From Octopus vulgaris (lineage: Eukaryota), in assembly GCA_951406725.2 (NCBI GenBank), contig OX597822.1:84320001-84384000 (forward strand): a stretch of 64,000 bases of DNA, written 5' to 3'. The notes under the pieces are model-generated. The model ran no database searches and was not told the DNA's origin. It worked only from the letters and a program-made list of their open reading frames with translations. Made by a program: the position numbers and the translations under genes. Shown here piece after piece: positions 35,601 to 45,200 of the stretch (positions are counted from its first letter, which is position 1; every line of letters begins with the position of its first letter).

Positions 35601-38590
35601 GGTGGTGGTGGTGGTGGTGGTGGTGGCCTAACACTGATGATTGTTAGTAAGTTCTTGGCAAGGTTTTCATTTTTAACCCACAACAACAACAATTGATCAG
35701 CTGACTAGTTCTGTGTCATAAATCAGCTCAATCAAGGATGACCTGTGGTTAAACAACTTTACTCATCACTTACATGTCATCAATCTGCTTGATCATGACT
35801 GACCTAGATTAAACAATAACCACAACATTACTGCCGCCTCCAATGAGATTTGAACCACTCAGTCATATTGCAACTAATATTTTATGATTTAGAAGACGTC
35901 AAGCTGGCAGAATCATTAGCAGAATGGCCAAAATGTTTTGTGGTATTTTGTCTGTTCAAACTCCCTCCACCCATCTCCCTCGAAATTGCTGGCCTTGTGT
36001 CAATATTTGCATACAATATTTTGTAGTTTATTCCTTGAAAATCAGTGTAAGAAAAAGCATAAAAATAATTTGAAATTTTAATTTTAAGTCATTAATTATG
36101 AACGAAATTCAACTCGATGCATCGTCCAGTCAGGCTGATTGCTCAGGCCAGCCTCACTACCTCTTTCCATCCCTCCCGACCTTCCATTAGAGTTTTTAGG
36201 TCTCCAACTTGGCATTCAACATCTTCTACAAGCTGTTGTATATACGTCTTTCAGCTGCTGTGGTACCATGATTTGGTGTCCACATCGTGTGCACCTTCAA
36301 TGGTAAGGCGCACAAGATGCTGGGCATGAACCAAAAACAACACATAGATGACATGTTTATGTACAATCATAATTAAACTCGTCATTAGAGATATATTTAC
36401 ATTCAAATCTGCTGGAACATATCAAGAATGAAGGTGTGAGTCAACGTTTCAAATCTTGCTATTCGCCATGCAAACAATGATCCGATGGCAGATATCAACA
36501 TGGATCAGCAAAACACTTTGATTGCTGAAATTATAAACAAAAACCATCAGTTCTTGTTGGATTTATTGCTCCAAGGTTATCTCACAAGATCTAACACAAC
36601 ATTTTGAAACAACAGTGTCCCAGAATCCTTTGTACTATTGAATTAAGTGTGCTTTGGACATGTAGTTGTTACAAAGGAAAATCAGTTCACCTGTGACAAA
36701 CACAACAGCAATTAGCATATTTGCATTCCAATCTCCTAGAATGTGTTAATGAATATGCAAGCCACCATTTCAAGTCTCGCTCTTTACCATGCATATTAAC
36801 GATTTATTGTCCGCCTGACTGGCTCATGTACCAGTGACACATAAAAAAGCACTATCTGAACATGGCCAATGCCAGTACACCTTGACTGGCTCCCATGCCA
36901 GTGGCACATAAAGAGCACCATCCAAATGGGGCCAATGCCAGTACCCCCTGACTGGCTCTTGTGCTGATGGCACGTAAAAAGCACCATCCGAACGGGGCCA
37001 ATGGCAATACCCTCTGACTGGCTCCCATGCCAGTGGCACGTAAAAAGCACTATCCAAGCGTGATCAATGCCAGGCCTGCTTGACTGGCTCCTGTGCCCCT
37101 GGCATGTAAAAAGCACCCACTATACTCTTAGGGTGGTTGGCATTCGGAAGGTCATCCAGCTATAGAAACCTGGTTTCAGATCAGATTGGAGCCTGGTGCA
37201 GCCTTCTGGCTTACCAGTCCTCAGTCAAACCATCCAACCCATGCCAGCATGGAAAACGGATGTTAAACAACGACGACGATGATGATGATCTGTATCTACA
37301 TTTCTGTTTTCTTTTTTTTTTTTTGTGTCTTTTAGGAAAAGTTTATTTGAACGTTTGAATGAAGAGAAAGAAGATGAAGCCAAAGTGAGCCGAGATACTT
37401 TGTCAGGACACATGGAATTCTCATTCACATTGAAGAAGGTAAGTTTTCTACGGACTCTCTTTACTCTTTTACTTTTTTACTTGTTTCAGTCATTTGACTG
37501 TGGCCATGCTGGAGCACCGCCTTTAGTCGAGCAAATCGACCCCGGGACTTATTCTTTGTAAGCCCAGTACTTATTCTATCGGTCTCTTTTGCCGAACCGC
37601 TAAGTGACAGGGACGTAAACACACCAGCATCGGTTGTCAAGCAATGCTAGGGAGGCAAACACAAACACACACACATATATATATATATATACGACAGGCT
37701 TCTTTCAGTTTCCGTCTACCAAATCTACTCACAAGGCATTGGTCGGCCTGGGGCTATAGCAGAAGACACTTGCCCAAGATGCCACGCAGTGGGACTGAAC
37801 CCGGAACCATGTGGTTGGTTAGCAAGCTACTTACCACACAGCCACTCCTGCGTGTATCTTTTCTGCATAACATGTAGGCATCTGCTCATGTGGATATCAA
37901 GTTCCCTTTGCAGTCATGTGGCCCCAGTTTTGATTTCATTTTTGTTGGAGCCTCAGGGAAGTGTCTTTTACCTTTTCTGGGGCTGCAACTTTAGCAGCCA
38001 CACTGATGACATCCTCAATGACACCCAGTTTAACAGGGGTATGGGGAATAAGGTGTCTTGCCCCAAGATATAAGAAAAACACATGCAGCAGATTTGGATG
38101 TGGAATCTCAGAATTAATTACCTGATAGTTTAATCACTCAATGGGCATTCAACATGCTAGTAACAACAGCCAAAACATACTCAAATTACATTTTATCATC
38201 TTACAAATAAAGAAAGAACCCTGATTAATGTAGTCCTAGATACACTATACCTGAAGGAAAAAACAAAAGACATAAAAGCTGATCTGGAAATAAACAACAA
38301 ATAAAATAATTAGAAGCTTTAAAAAACAAAGGAAATTTATGAATATTTTTTAACTGTGGCCATGCTGGAGCCCTACCATCATAATTTTTTTTTTTTTTTT
38401 TTTTTTGGGATATTGTCATTTTAAATAAAATGGTTTCTGTTCTTTATTGCAGGACAAAGATGAAGAATTGGAACATAAAAAGAGAAAAGAGCATCATTTG
38501 GAACGGAAGAAGCTTCGTAGATCTGCTCATGACATCACACGCAACTTCAAATCAAAACCAAAGTTCTGGATGGGGAAACGGGTTGGATAA
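7942..38590 (+). CDS. NOL10: Nucleolar protein 10 (NOL10/Enp2; WD40 + NUC153-type SSU processome factor), 19 coding exons, 2124 nt spliced, 707 aa
   Basis: All exons joined at GT-AG sites with compatible phases. The translation follows human NOL10 as recalled: [30 protein letters not shown]...[10 protein letters not shown]...[23 protein letters not shown]...[17 protein letters not shown]...VYDDYKFVT...[11 protein letters not shown]...ERKKLRRSA. Confidence 0.97.
8994..9039 (+). CDS. NOL10: NOL10 exon 2
   Basis: ttccag|[15 protein letters not shown](D)|gtatga. Confidence 0.93.
10335..10535 (-). mobile_element. RTE LINE 3' fragment
   Basis: Minus strand [27 protein letters not shown]. Confidence 0.5.
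10600..10698 (+). CDS. NOL10: NOL10 exon 3
   Basis: ttag|[32 protein letters not shown](G)|gttagt. Confidence 0.94.
11205..11250 (+). ncRNA. Hammerhead ribozyme motif (type I, minimal), NOL10 intron 3
   Basis: CTGAAGA-AGTC(cggta)GACT-GAAA-TCA(CA)TGA-TA: core, stem II and stem III intact, AUA cleavage triplet; stem I weak. Confidence 0.6.
12310..12869 (+). mobile_element. Non-autonomous mariner with ~225-bp inverted arms
   Basis: TACGAGGGTGAG...CTCACCCTTG ends; C-terminal transposase [19 protein letters not shown]...[14 protein letters not shown]. Confidence 0.85.
13133..13248 (+). CDS. NOL10: NOL10 exon 4
   Basis: gcag|[38 protein letters not shown]|gtaatg. Confidence 0.94.
13950..15340 (+). 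mobile_element. Decayed Penelope-like element (GIY-YIG), interrupted by an RTE-tail repeat at ~14420-14839
   Basis: [45 protein letters not shown]; degenerate HHR (TGATGA..GAAAGCGCTT) at 15269-15292. Confidence 0.65.
15596..15732 (+). CDS. NOL10: NOL10 exon 5
   Basis: ccag|[45 protein letters not shown]|gttagt. Confidence 0.94.
16248..16398. repeat. Fold-back inverted repeat (~75-bp arms, no loop)
   Basis: TTTGCCAACATAA...CAGCTG...TTATGTTGGCAAA, few mismatches. Confidence 0.9.
16532..16597 (+). CDS. NOL10: NOL10 exon 6
   Basis: ccag|[21 protein letters not shown]|gtaagt. Confidence 0.92.
17525..17694 (-). mobile_element. DNA-transposon (mariner-like) terminal fragment; second copy ~39918-40084
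   Basis: Two ~170-bp copies ending ...GCAAGTACAT(T/C)TCCGTAATA. Confidence 0.55.
17765..17825 (+). CDS. NOL10: NOL10 exon 7
   Basis: acag|[20 protein letters not shown]|gtaagt. Confidence 0.9.
18310..18598 (-). mobile_element. CR1/L2-like LINE 3' fragment
   Basis: [24 protein letters not shown]; same family as 40826-41746. Confidence 0.75.
19200..19276 (+). CDS. NOL10: NOL10 exon 8
   Basis: tcag|[25 protein letters not shown]|gtaagc. Confidence 0.92.
21292..21370 (+). CDS. NOL10: NOL10 exon 9
   Basis: tcag|[26 protein letters not shown]|gttagt. Confidence 0.92.
21705..21880 (-). mobile_element. Short hammerhead-bearing repeat (Penelope pLTR/retrozyme-like)
   Basis: Near-identical (reverse complement) to 46787-46925; contains the intact HHR core. 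Confidence 0.7.
21780..21825 (-). ncRNA. Hammerhead ribozyme motif (minimal, Penelope-type), NOL10 intron 9, antisense
   Basis: Minus strand GACAC-CTGATGA-A-GGCTG(gagggtatat)CAGCC-GAAA-CG-TT-GTGTT; palindromic AACGTT stem III. Confidence 0.72.
21983..22535. mobile_element. Internally deleted mariner (same TIR family as 12310), nested in a SINE
   Basis: TACGAGGGTGAGTCAAAAAG end; minus strand [13 protein letters not shown]...[12 protein letters not shown]; plus strand C-terminal arm. Confidence 0.8.
23092..23371 (+). repeat. 69-bp tandem repeat x4 covering the NOL10 intron 9/exon 10 junction
   Basis: Units start at 23092, 23161, 23230 and 23299. Confidence 0.92.
23354..23503 (+). CDS. NOL10: NOL10 exon 10
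   Basis: tcag|[50 protein letters not shown]|gtaagt. Confidence 0.95.
23966..24085 (+). CDS. NOL10: NOL10 exon 11
   Basis: tcag|[40 protein letters not shown]|gtaagc. Confidence 0.95.
25120..25198 (+). CDS. NOL10: NOL10 exon 12
   Basis: gcag|[26 protein letters not shown]|gtaggt. Confidence 0.95.
25589..25800. mobile_element. MITE with ~40-bp imperfect TIRs
   Basis: CAGGAAATTTCATCGCAA...GAAAAATTTG versus CAAATTTTTC...TTGCGGTGAATTTTCCTG. Confidence 0.6.
25911..26038 (+). CDS. NOL10: NOL10 exon 13
   Basis: tcag|[42 protein letters not shown]|gtaggt. Confidence 0.96.
26888..26961 (-). ncRNA. Hammerhead ribozyme motif with long stem II, NOL10 intron 13, antisense
   Basis: Minus strand ATCTAG-CTGATGA-AGGTT..CCAAAG...TTTTGG..AGCCT-GAAA-CT(CA)AG-TA-CTAGGT; all three stems pair, GUA triplet. 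Confidence 0.72.
27998..28096 (+). CDS. NOL10: NOL10 exon 14
   Basis: gcaag|[33 protein letters not shown]|gtttgt (AAG acceptor). Confidence 0.92.
29010..29420 (+). mobile_element. RTE LINE 3' fragment
   Basis: ESEMW...[23 protein letters not shown] and [16 protein letters not shown]. Confidence 0.7.
29581..29664 (+). CDS. NOL10: NOL10 exon 15
   Basis: gcag|[28 protein letters not shown]|gttagt. Confidence 0.92.
29771..30132 (-). mobile_element. SINE-like repeat (third family)
   Basis: Shared with fragments at ~21930-21980 and 22545-22790 (GTGGCTGAGCACTCCACA...ACAAGGCTGGCCC). Confidence 0.6.
30691..30957. mobile_element. hAT (Charlie-like) MITE
   Basis: TIRs CAGTGGTTCCCA/TGGGAACCACTG with a perfect 8-bp TSD ACCTAGAC; related element ~60818-61018. 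Confidence 0.85.
31017..31088 (+). ncRNA. Hammerhead ribozyme motif with extended stem I, NOL10 intron 15, sense
   Basis: GATAAGA..GGAC..TTG..TG-CTGATGA-TGTC(taatgt)GGCA-GAAA-CATG-TC-CA.CAA..GTCC.TCTTATC; GUC triplet ending at 31070. Confidence 0.72.
31441..31629 (+). CDS. NOL10: NOL10 exon 16 (NUC153 motif)
   Basis: acag|[37 protein letters not shown]...FKPVE|gtatgt. Confidence 0.94.
31640..32340 (+). repeat. Polypyrimidine low-complexity minisatellite
   Basis: ~700 nt of CT-rich degenerate units (CTTACTCTTTCTCC...). Confidence 0.9.
33785..34517. mobile_element. Three tandem copies of a ~225-bp piggyBac-like MITE; a further inverted copy at 49580-49806
   Basis: Each copy TTAA-CCCTTTTGTTACC...AAAGGG-TTAA. 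Confidence 0.75.
34855..35141 (+). CDS. NOL10: NOL10 exon 17 (acidic/charged region)
   Basis: acag|[17 protein letters not shown]...[21 protein letters not shown]|gttagt. Confidence 0.9.
36800..37289 (+). mobile_element. RTE 3'-UTR-derived repeat with tandem GGCAC(A/G)TAAAAAGCACC units and (GAT)n tail
   Basis: Same family at ~10040(-), 11440, 14420, 20510, 24300(-), 33010, 40108(-), 59010 and 63690. Confidence 0.75.
37336..37438 (+). CDS. NOL10: NOL10 exon 18
   Basis: ttag|[34 protein letters not shown]|gtaagt. Confidence 0.92.
38453..38590 (+). CDS. NOL10: NOL10 exon 19 (terminal, stop TAA)
   Basis: gcag|[45 protein letters not shown]. Confidence 0.92.
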   Translation, partial: DKDEELEHKKRKEHHLERKKLRRSAHDITRNFKSKPKFWMGKRVG

Positions 38591-38595
38591 AATAA

Positions 38596-38665
38596 ACAAC
38601 AATAACAATGATGATAATAATAATAATAATAATAATAATTATTATTATTATTATTATTATTATTA
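38596..38665. repeat. (AAT)n-(TAT)n inverted microsatellite in NOL10 3' UTR
   Basis: Direct inspection immediately after the stop codon. Confidence 0.9.
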
Positions 38666-40825
38666 TAAGGGGTTGGTTATAAATAATAATAAAAAAAAGC
38701 AATTTTTATATTTAACTCCTTCTCTTTGATTCTTTGGCATAATGGAATGATTGTTTCATTATTGCACAAGTTATATATTTATAGTATTTTGTAAATACCT
38801 TTTTGTTCCTAACTCCTTGTCCATGACCTTCTCACTGAAATGCCAATGGTGTTTAAACCCAGGTTACCTTCATTCAAACAATTCTATGGTCCACAGGTAA
38901 TTGCTGTTTTAACTTGGGTCTGTCAGCCAAATGAGTGGACATACCTTACAATCTATTGTTCCAGTCTGAACAATCCTCCATACTACCCACTGATGAAAAT
39001 GCTGCACACTGTGGAATGTGGTGACACTGCGTGACAGTCTAGGCGTGTTATACTCTCTCTCCAATAACCCATTCGTTTCTGCATCTCCATAGACACTGCA
39101 GAAGTAGACTAGGTAGCTCAAGTCTTAAAGGAGTTTCCAAGTGACTGCTCACCCTGCAATAATTGGTAGCCAAATCCCTGACCATACCATCTTAAATATG
39201 GTGGAGCAAACAGGATAAAATATTTATGTGGAATAGTTGGTGTTAGGAAGGGCACCCAATCATAAAAACATGCCAAAACAGACAGTGAAGCATGGTGCAG
39301 TTTTCTGCCAAGCCAGCTCTTGTCAAACCATCCAACCCATGTCAGCATGGAAAGCAGATGTATGATGATGATGATAAGAGACCAGAAAGGAAGACATGTT
39401 AGTCATGGTTAGTAAACAATTCCTGTTACTAATGGTGGCAGGGACAATATAATAGGTAGATAAGAAATGGAAGAGTTGTTATTTCTGTTGGCAAAATGGG
39501 AAGATACTCTGGGGAATGTAGTTCTAGACACATCATCTTCATCATCAAGTTTCCCCTTTCTATGTGTGCATAGGTCAGACAATTTATTGCAGCAGATTTT
39601 CTACAGCTGGATGCCCTTGCTGTCACCAACCTTTACCTGTTTCCAAACAAGGTAATATTTCTCTATGGTTTGACATGCTTTTCTGAAGTGATGAAGACTG
39701 ACCTCAAAATTTTGAGCTTCTTGGAAGAGATGACAGGGGACTTAGATTAACTTCAGTCTGATTTGCCATGATTTTCTATGGCTGGATGACCTTCCTAATG
39801 CCAATCACTTCAAGAGTGTAATGGGTACTTTTACGTGCCATTTCCGTGACACCAGTATGGGTCTTCTTCTGAAGCACAATATAATGCCAAAGATCTTAGT
39901 CATACCTCCAAGAGTTTGAAAGTGACGAAATATTTTGACAAATTAGATTTAAATGTTGAAGTGGATCTAACGGTTTGTGTGTGTTTTTAAATGGCTTCTA
40001 AACACCTTCCACGCTGCAGTTGTTTTTGTTTCAGCACATGATCTCAGATCAAGTCACTTGCTATGCAAGTACATCTCCGTAATATATATATATATATATA
40101 TATATATCATCATCGTCATTGTTTAACGTCAGTTTTCCATGCTGGCATGGGTTGGACAGTTCGACTGGCGATCTGGCAAGCCAGGAGGCTGCAGCAGGCT
40201 CCAGTCTGATCTGGCAGTGTTTCTACAGCCGGATGCCCTTTCTAACGCCAACCATTCCATGAGTGTAGTGGGTGCTTTTTACATGTCACCAACACAGGAG
40301 CCAGAAGGGGCTGGCAACAGCCACAATCAGTTGGTGCTTTTTACGTACCATTGGCACAGAAGCCAGTCAAGGCAACGCTGGCATCAGCCACATTCAGATG
40401 GTACTTTTTACGTGCCACCAGCACAGGGATCACAACTATAATTTCCATTTGATTTTCATTTTGTTGTTGCTGTACTTGACTCAATAGGTCTCCTCAAGCA
40501 CAGCTTGCCAACCAAAGCCTTTGGAGTGGATTTCGTACACGGAAACTGAAAGAAGACTTTCGTATATATGTGTATGTGTGTGTCCACCATCGCACGGCAA
40601 CCAATGTTACTGCGTTTACGTCTCCGTAACTTAGCGATTCGGCAAAAGACACAGATAGAATAAGTACTAGGCTTACAAAGAATAAATCCTGGGGTCGATT
40701 TCTTCGAATAACGGCGATGTTCCAGCGTGGCCGCAGTCACATGACTGAAACAAGTAATTAAAAACTATGCCATTTTAATCCCGAGCAACGCCGGGTATAA
40801 TAATATAAATAATAATAATAATAAT

Positions 40826-41746
40826 TGTGTACAGTGCTCAGGTGCACTACAACTCATCTAAAGTGTATATATAATCAGGTGTAGTTTCGACGGATTTCGG
40901 GAAGCATGAGGGCCTTAAAGGATGCAGTGTCATGGCAGTCAACAACTGATGCAGGCAGTTTATTCCACGCTTCAGCAACCCTGAGCGTGAAAAAATGTTT
41001 CCGAAAGTCATGGGAGCTGTGCTGTTTTCTGACTTTGTATGCATGTCCACGTGTGTTAGACACATGGAGATCAAAAAGGTGTTCAGTGTTGTTGTTGGTG
41101 AGGTGGTTGATAACCTTGTGGGTGTTTACCAAGTCCGTCGCCAGACGCCGGAGCTTCAGTGAATCCATGCCCAGGGAAACAAGGCGCTCAGAATATGGTA
41201 GGTGTCTGATGGAGGGTATGCGTTTGGTTGCACGTCTCTGGACAGATTCCAGGAGGTCAATGTTCTGAGCAAGATAGGGATTCCAAACTGATGATGCGAA
41301 TTCCAAGTGTGGTCGTACCATAGCTGTATACAGTTTTAAATAGATGGCTGGAGAGCGGCTAACAAAAGTCTTGCTGAGTGATGCCAAGACACCCTCGGCC
41401 TTCTTGACAATTTTAGAGATATGCTTTGTCCAACGCAAATCACTGCTGACAGTGATGCCTAGGTCACGCTCGCAAGAGGATTTCTTGATATCAGTGTTGT
41501 GGAGGGAGTATGTGGACGCAGGGTTTTTCTCCCAAAATGCATGGTGGTACACTTGTCCACAGCCAGTTTCAGTTGCCAGTCTGTGATCCATTGCTGCATT
41601 GTGTCTAGGTCTGATTGCAGGAAAGAGTTGTAGACATCAGGATCAGTCCTCTTGATTTCAAGGTACAGCTTGATGTCGTCTGCATATTTCAATACTGTGG
41701 CATTCTTTAAATTGGCATCTATGTCATTAATGTATGCCACAAACAT
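40826..41746 (-). mobile_element. 5'-truncated CR1/L2-like LINE (RT C-terminal part), one frameshift
   Basis: YINDI..LKYADDIKLY; RDLGITVSSDLRW, RPHLEFASSVWNPY, LESVQRRATK, TRGH, WNKLP; (ATT)n tail. Confidence 0.9.
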
Positions 41747-41771
41747 GCTAGTATGTGTGTGTGTGTATATT

Positions 41772-41805
<34 letters not shown>

Positions 41806-41962
41806 TACTAGCAGATATATATAAAGCTATTTCGAAAATCAAGTCTTTGAAGAAAGATCAAATCTTCCTCGACAAAGCGTTAACCTGAAATACAAGGGAG
41901 ATAATTACAGTTCACTATTTATACACTTTACACTTGAAGCACGTTTCGTCCTTAGAAGCACC

Positions 41963-42232
41963 ATGAGTGATGTTGAGGTAATATCTGCTGAAAATAAGAA
42001 TATAAACACGAAATATAAATTAACTACGACTGGGGCAACAATATTAGGAATATCAGGTGCGATAGCAGTGGGTTTCTATGCGGTGGTAACACCTTTCTTA
42101 TCGCCAGCTCTTCGTAAAGTGTGTCTTCCTTTCGTCCCAGCAACCACGACTCAAGTTCAAAATGTGATGAGGGCATTAAAAGGCCCAAGTGGTGGGACCT
42201 TACTTGACATTGGTAGTGGTGACGGTCGCATT
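41963..42232 (+). CDS. ATPSCKMT: ATPSCKMT exon 1
   Basis: MSDVEV...LLDIGSGDGRI|gtaagt. A further upstream UTR/coding exon is possible (cttag just before the ATG). Confidence 0.9.
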
Positions 42233-45200
42233 GTAAGTTCGATCTATCTTTCTACTTTAAACATTCCTCATCTTGCTAATTTTGTATTTTAATGTAACTT
42301 TCTACCTAAACATTTGATGAAACAACTTCTGGTCCGTACAACAGATGGAGTTTCTTTATTGACATTTTACCTGCTAAAAGTAGCAGTCAAATCTTTTTCA
42401 GATTGCCTTCTATCGTCTCAAAAAAAAAATTATAAACTGACCGGTAAAAGAGAGCAGCAAAACTACGGTCTTCACTTTATTAAAATGTAAATACTGTAGG
42501 TTAGAAATTTGTGCGAGAAGATAAAGTCAATTAAGTCGACCCCAGCACACGTTGGACACCTTATGCGTGAAAATTACGCGGATATTTTGAAAGCGATAAG
42601 TTTGTTGGAATTCTTTTGTGGAATCACTACCTCAGTGCAGTAAGTACTAAGTTTCGTTTAGTGGAATTGTGGACCCCGGTGCCCGAAGTACAATAGTTAT
42701 CCTCACTGTGGGTCCTACTAAGCGAAGCCCAACCTTATGAACTTTTCTCTGATTTGAAAATAAGGATGTAGTCCAGAACTTTAAAATTTTGCTAAAGTGT
42801 TGCCAATAATCAACATAGTTATACTGGACCATACTAATAACGTAGCTAATATCTTCAGTTTCGTTCTATCCAGTTTGTTTCAAGAGTTACACACGTAAAC
42901 CTTAGCAGAATAATGTAGATTCTGTTATTGGTTTCAGTCATTGAAATGTCGCTTTGCTGGAGTGCTTCTAAGGTGCAGTATTTCTCATCGACCTCGGAAG
43001 AATGTAAAGCTAAATGGATCGAGAGCGGGATTTGAACTCACAGCGTGAAGGGGATTGCTAAAAGCGACAAGATACACTGGGTTACAAATTTTCACAAAAG
43101 TTTTGGTTGTCTTATTATTTTGAGTAATTTCAATGCAGAATTTTGTGCTGATTCCAAAAATGTGTTTATTTTTTTCTCTACCATCGACCGTTTGCGAGAT
43201 ATGTCGAATTACACTAATATACACATATCATCAAACATCTAGCAACTGTCTGTGTAAACAAAATCTCTAACATCACTTAATCACAGGTTGTTGCGTAACG
43301 TAACTCTTGATGTAAAACATTTTTCTACTCTTCCAATAAATCATTCATTCCTAAAGTTTATATTTTACCTCCATCATTCGTATAAAAGTATTGAAAGATT
43401 TAAGTGAAAAGGCAGTGTCATCACCGGCTTCTGTTACACACAACAGACTCAACAGATATGCCCCAGTGCTCTCGTGAAACTAGTGAAAGGAAGTGTTGCG
43501 CTTTTGTTTCTCATCTCTCCATCTTTGGTTTGGGCGCTATAGCTATTTGATCACTGTTTAATCACGAACACTGTACATTTGTCACATTTCTTTCTTTTTC
43601 AAGATTTTATTGTAAACATGGATTTTTCCTGACCACAACTACAAGAGGATGCAGAAATTCATCAGATATATTCAGTTAGGTGTGTGGATACTATGTTGGA
43701 AGAAAGCAAGTAACATAAAATTGTGAAGGGTGCTAAATACTGGATTGCTTATAGACTGTATTTTGGAATGAGTGTGGGTGACCAAGGAAAACTATGGGTC
43801 CCTCATGTGATATGTGGAACTTGTAGATCAAATTTGGATGGATGACTTAGAAGTGCAAGAAAAACAATGCCTTTTGCTGTTCCGAGAGATTGACAAGAGC
43901 CAAAAAATCATGATGATTGCTATTTTTGAATGGTTGATATATCAAAGTACAGAAAATTTAAGGGGAGAAAAGCCCTTCCATATTCCAGCATTCAATCCTC
44001 TATTGCACCTATGCCACATGATGATAACTTACCGGTTCCACTGCTGCCATCCTATTAAAGTGTTAATAACAAATTTAAATTTCATTCATGGTAACAGATC
44101 AATATTGAAATAATATGTGGTTGCACATGAAATTCTTATTAAGGTTTCAACTATTAAATGCAACCTTTAAAATTTTTCAAGTAGAGGATATGATGAAGGT
44201 CCCAGAAGGAGAGTCTGAAAGTGGTGACAATGAAGAAATGAATGAAACATTTGAGCCAGGAACAGGTACTTGCCCACACTTTCCAAATCAATGTGAACTG
44301 GATAATCTCATTAGGGACTTCAGTCTCACTAAGTCAGGAGCTGAGCTTTTAGCATCCAGGTTGAATGAATGGAATCTCTTGGAGAAGGACTGCAGATTAA
44401 CGGTATACAGGAGGCGCCATGAGGAATTCGAAGTATATTTGACATAAGTGAGGATCTCTGTTTCTGCAAAGATATTCATGGCTTGTTTACAGCTATTGGA
44501 ATTGATCACAGCCCTGAAGAATGGCAACTTTTCATAGCTCAACAAAAAAAACCTCAAAGCCACTTTATTACACAATGGAAATCAGCATCCATCCTTGTCT
44601 ATTGCATACTCGATACAGATGATGGAAGAATATGACAATGTAAAAGAGCTTCTTGAGAAAGTAAACTATGATAAGTTTAAATAGGATGTTTGTGGCAACT
44701 TTAAAATGTTTGCCTTCTTACTTGGATTACAGGGTGGGTACACTAAGCATTCGTGTTTTCTTTGCCTATGGGGCGATAGGGCTGATCATGAACATTACCA
44801 GAAGGCTGAGTGGCCCTCCCGAGATGACCTCCAGCCAGGAAAGCTAAATGTTATAAGACAACCTCTATATCAGTGAATACACAAAAAAGGATTTCATAGA
44901 GAAAACTGTCCCTGTTTCCACTGCAGACGACACACACACACACAGCTTTACAAACCCAGCCCTCACACCCACCTTCACATTCCATGACTACCATTGGGAT
45001 CGATCAGATACCGGACAAGGATTCTGGATTATTTTTCCAGTTATTTTACTTAATTTTTGAGAGCGGTCAGGTCCATTTTTAGCATTCTCGTTTGTGATAG
45101 CAGTTGAGTTTATTTCAGATATTCTCGTTTTAAAAATCATCTCTGGTTTATCATTGAGAGAACATTGGTGTTGCCTTGGCAGAGGTTTGCACTCTTTGAG

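Noticed and set aside
39683-39760. Possible C/D box snoRNA (GTGATGA with CTGAAG/CTTCAG stem)
   Set aside because: No D box adjacent to the closing stem; outside NOL10 introns
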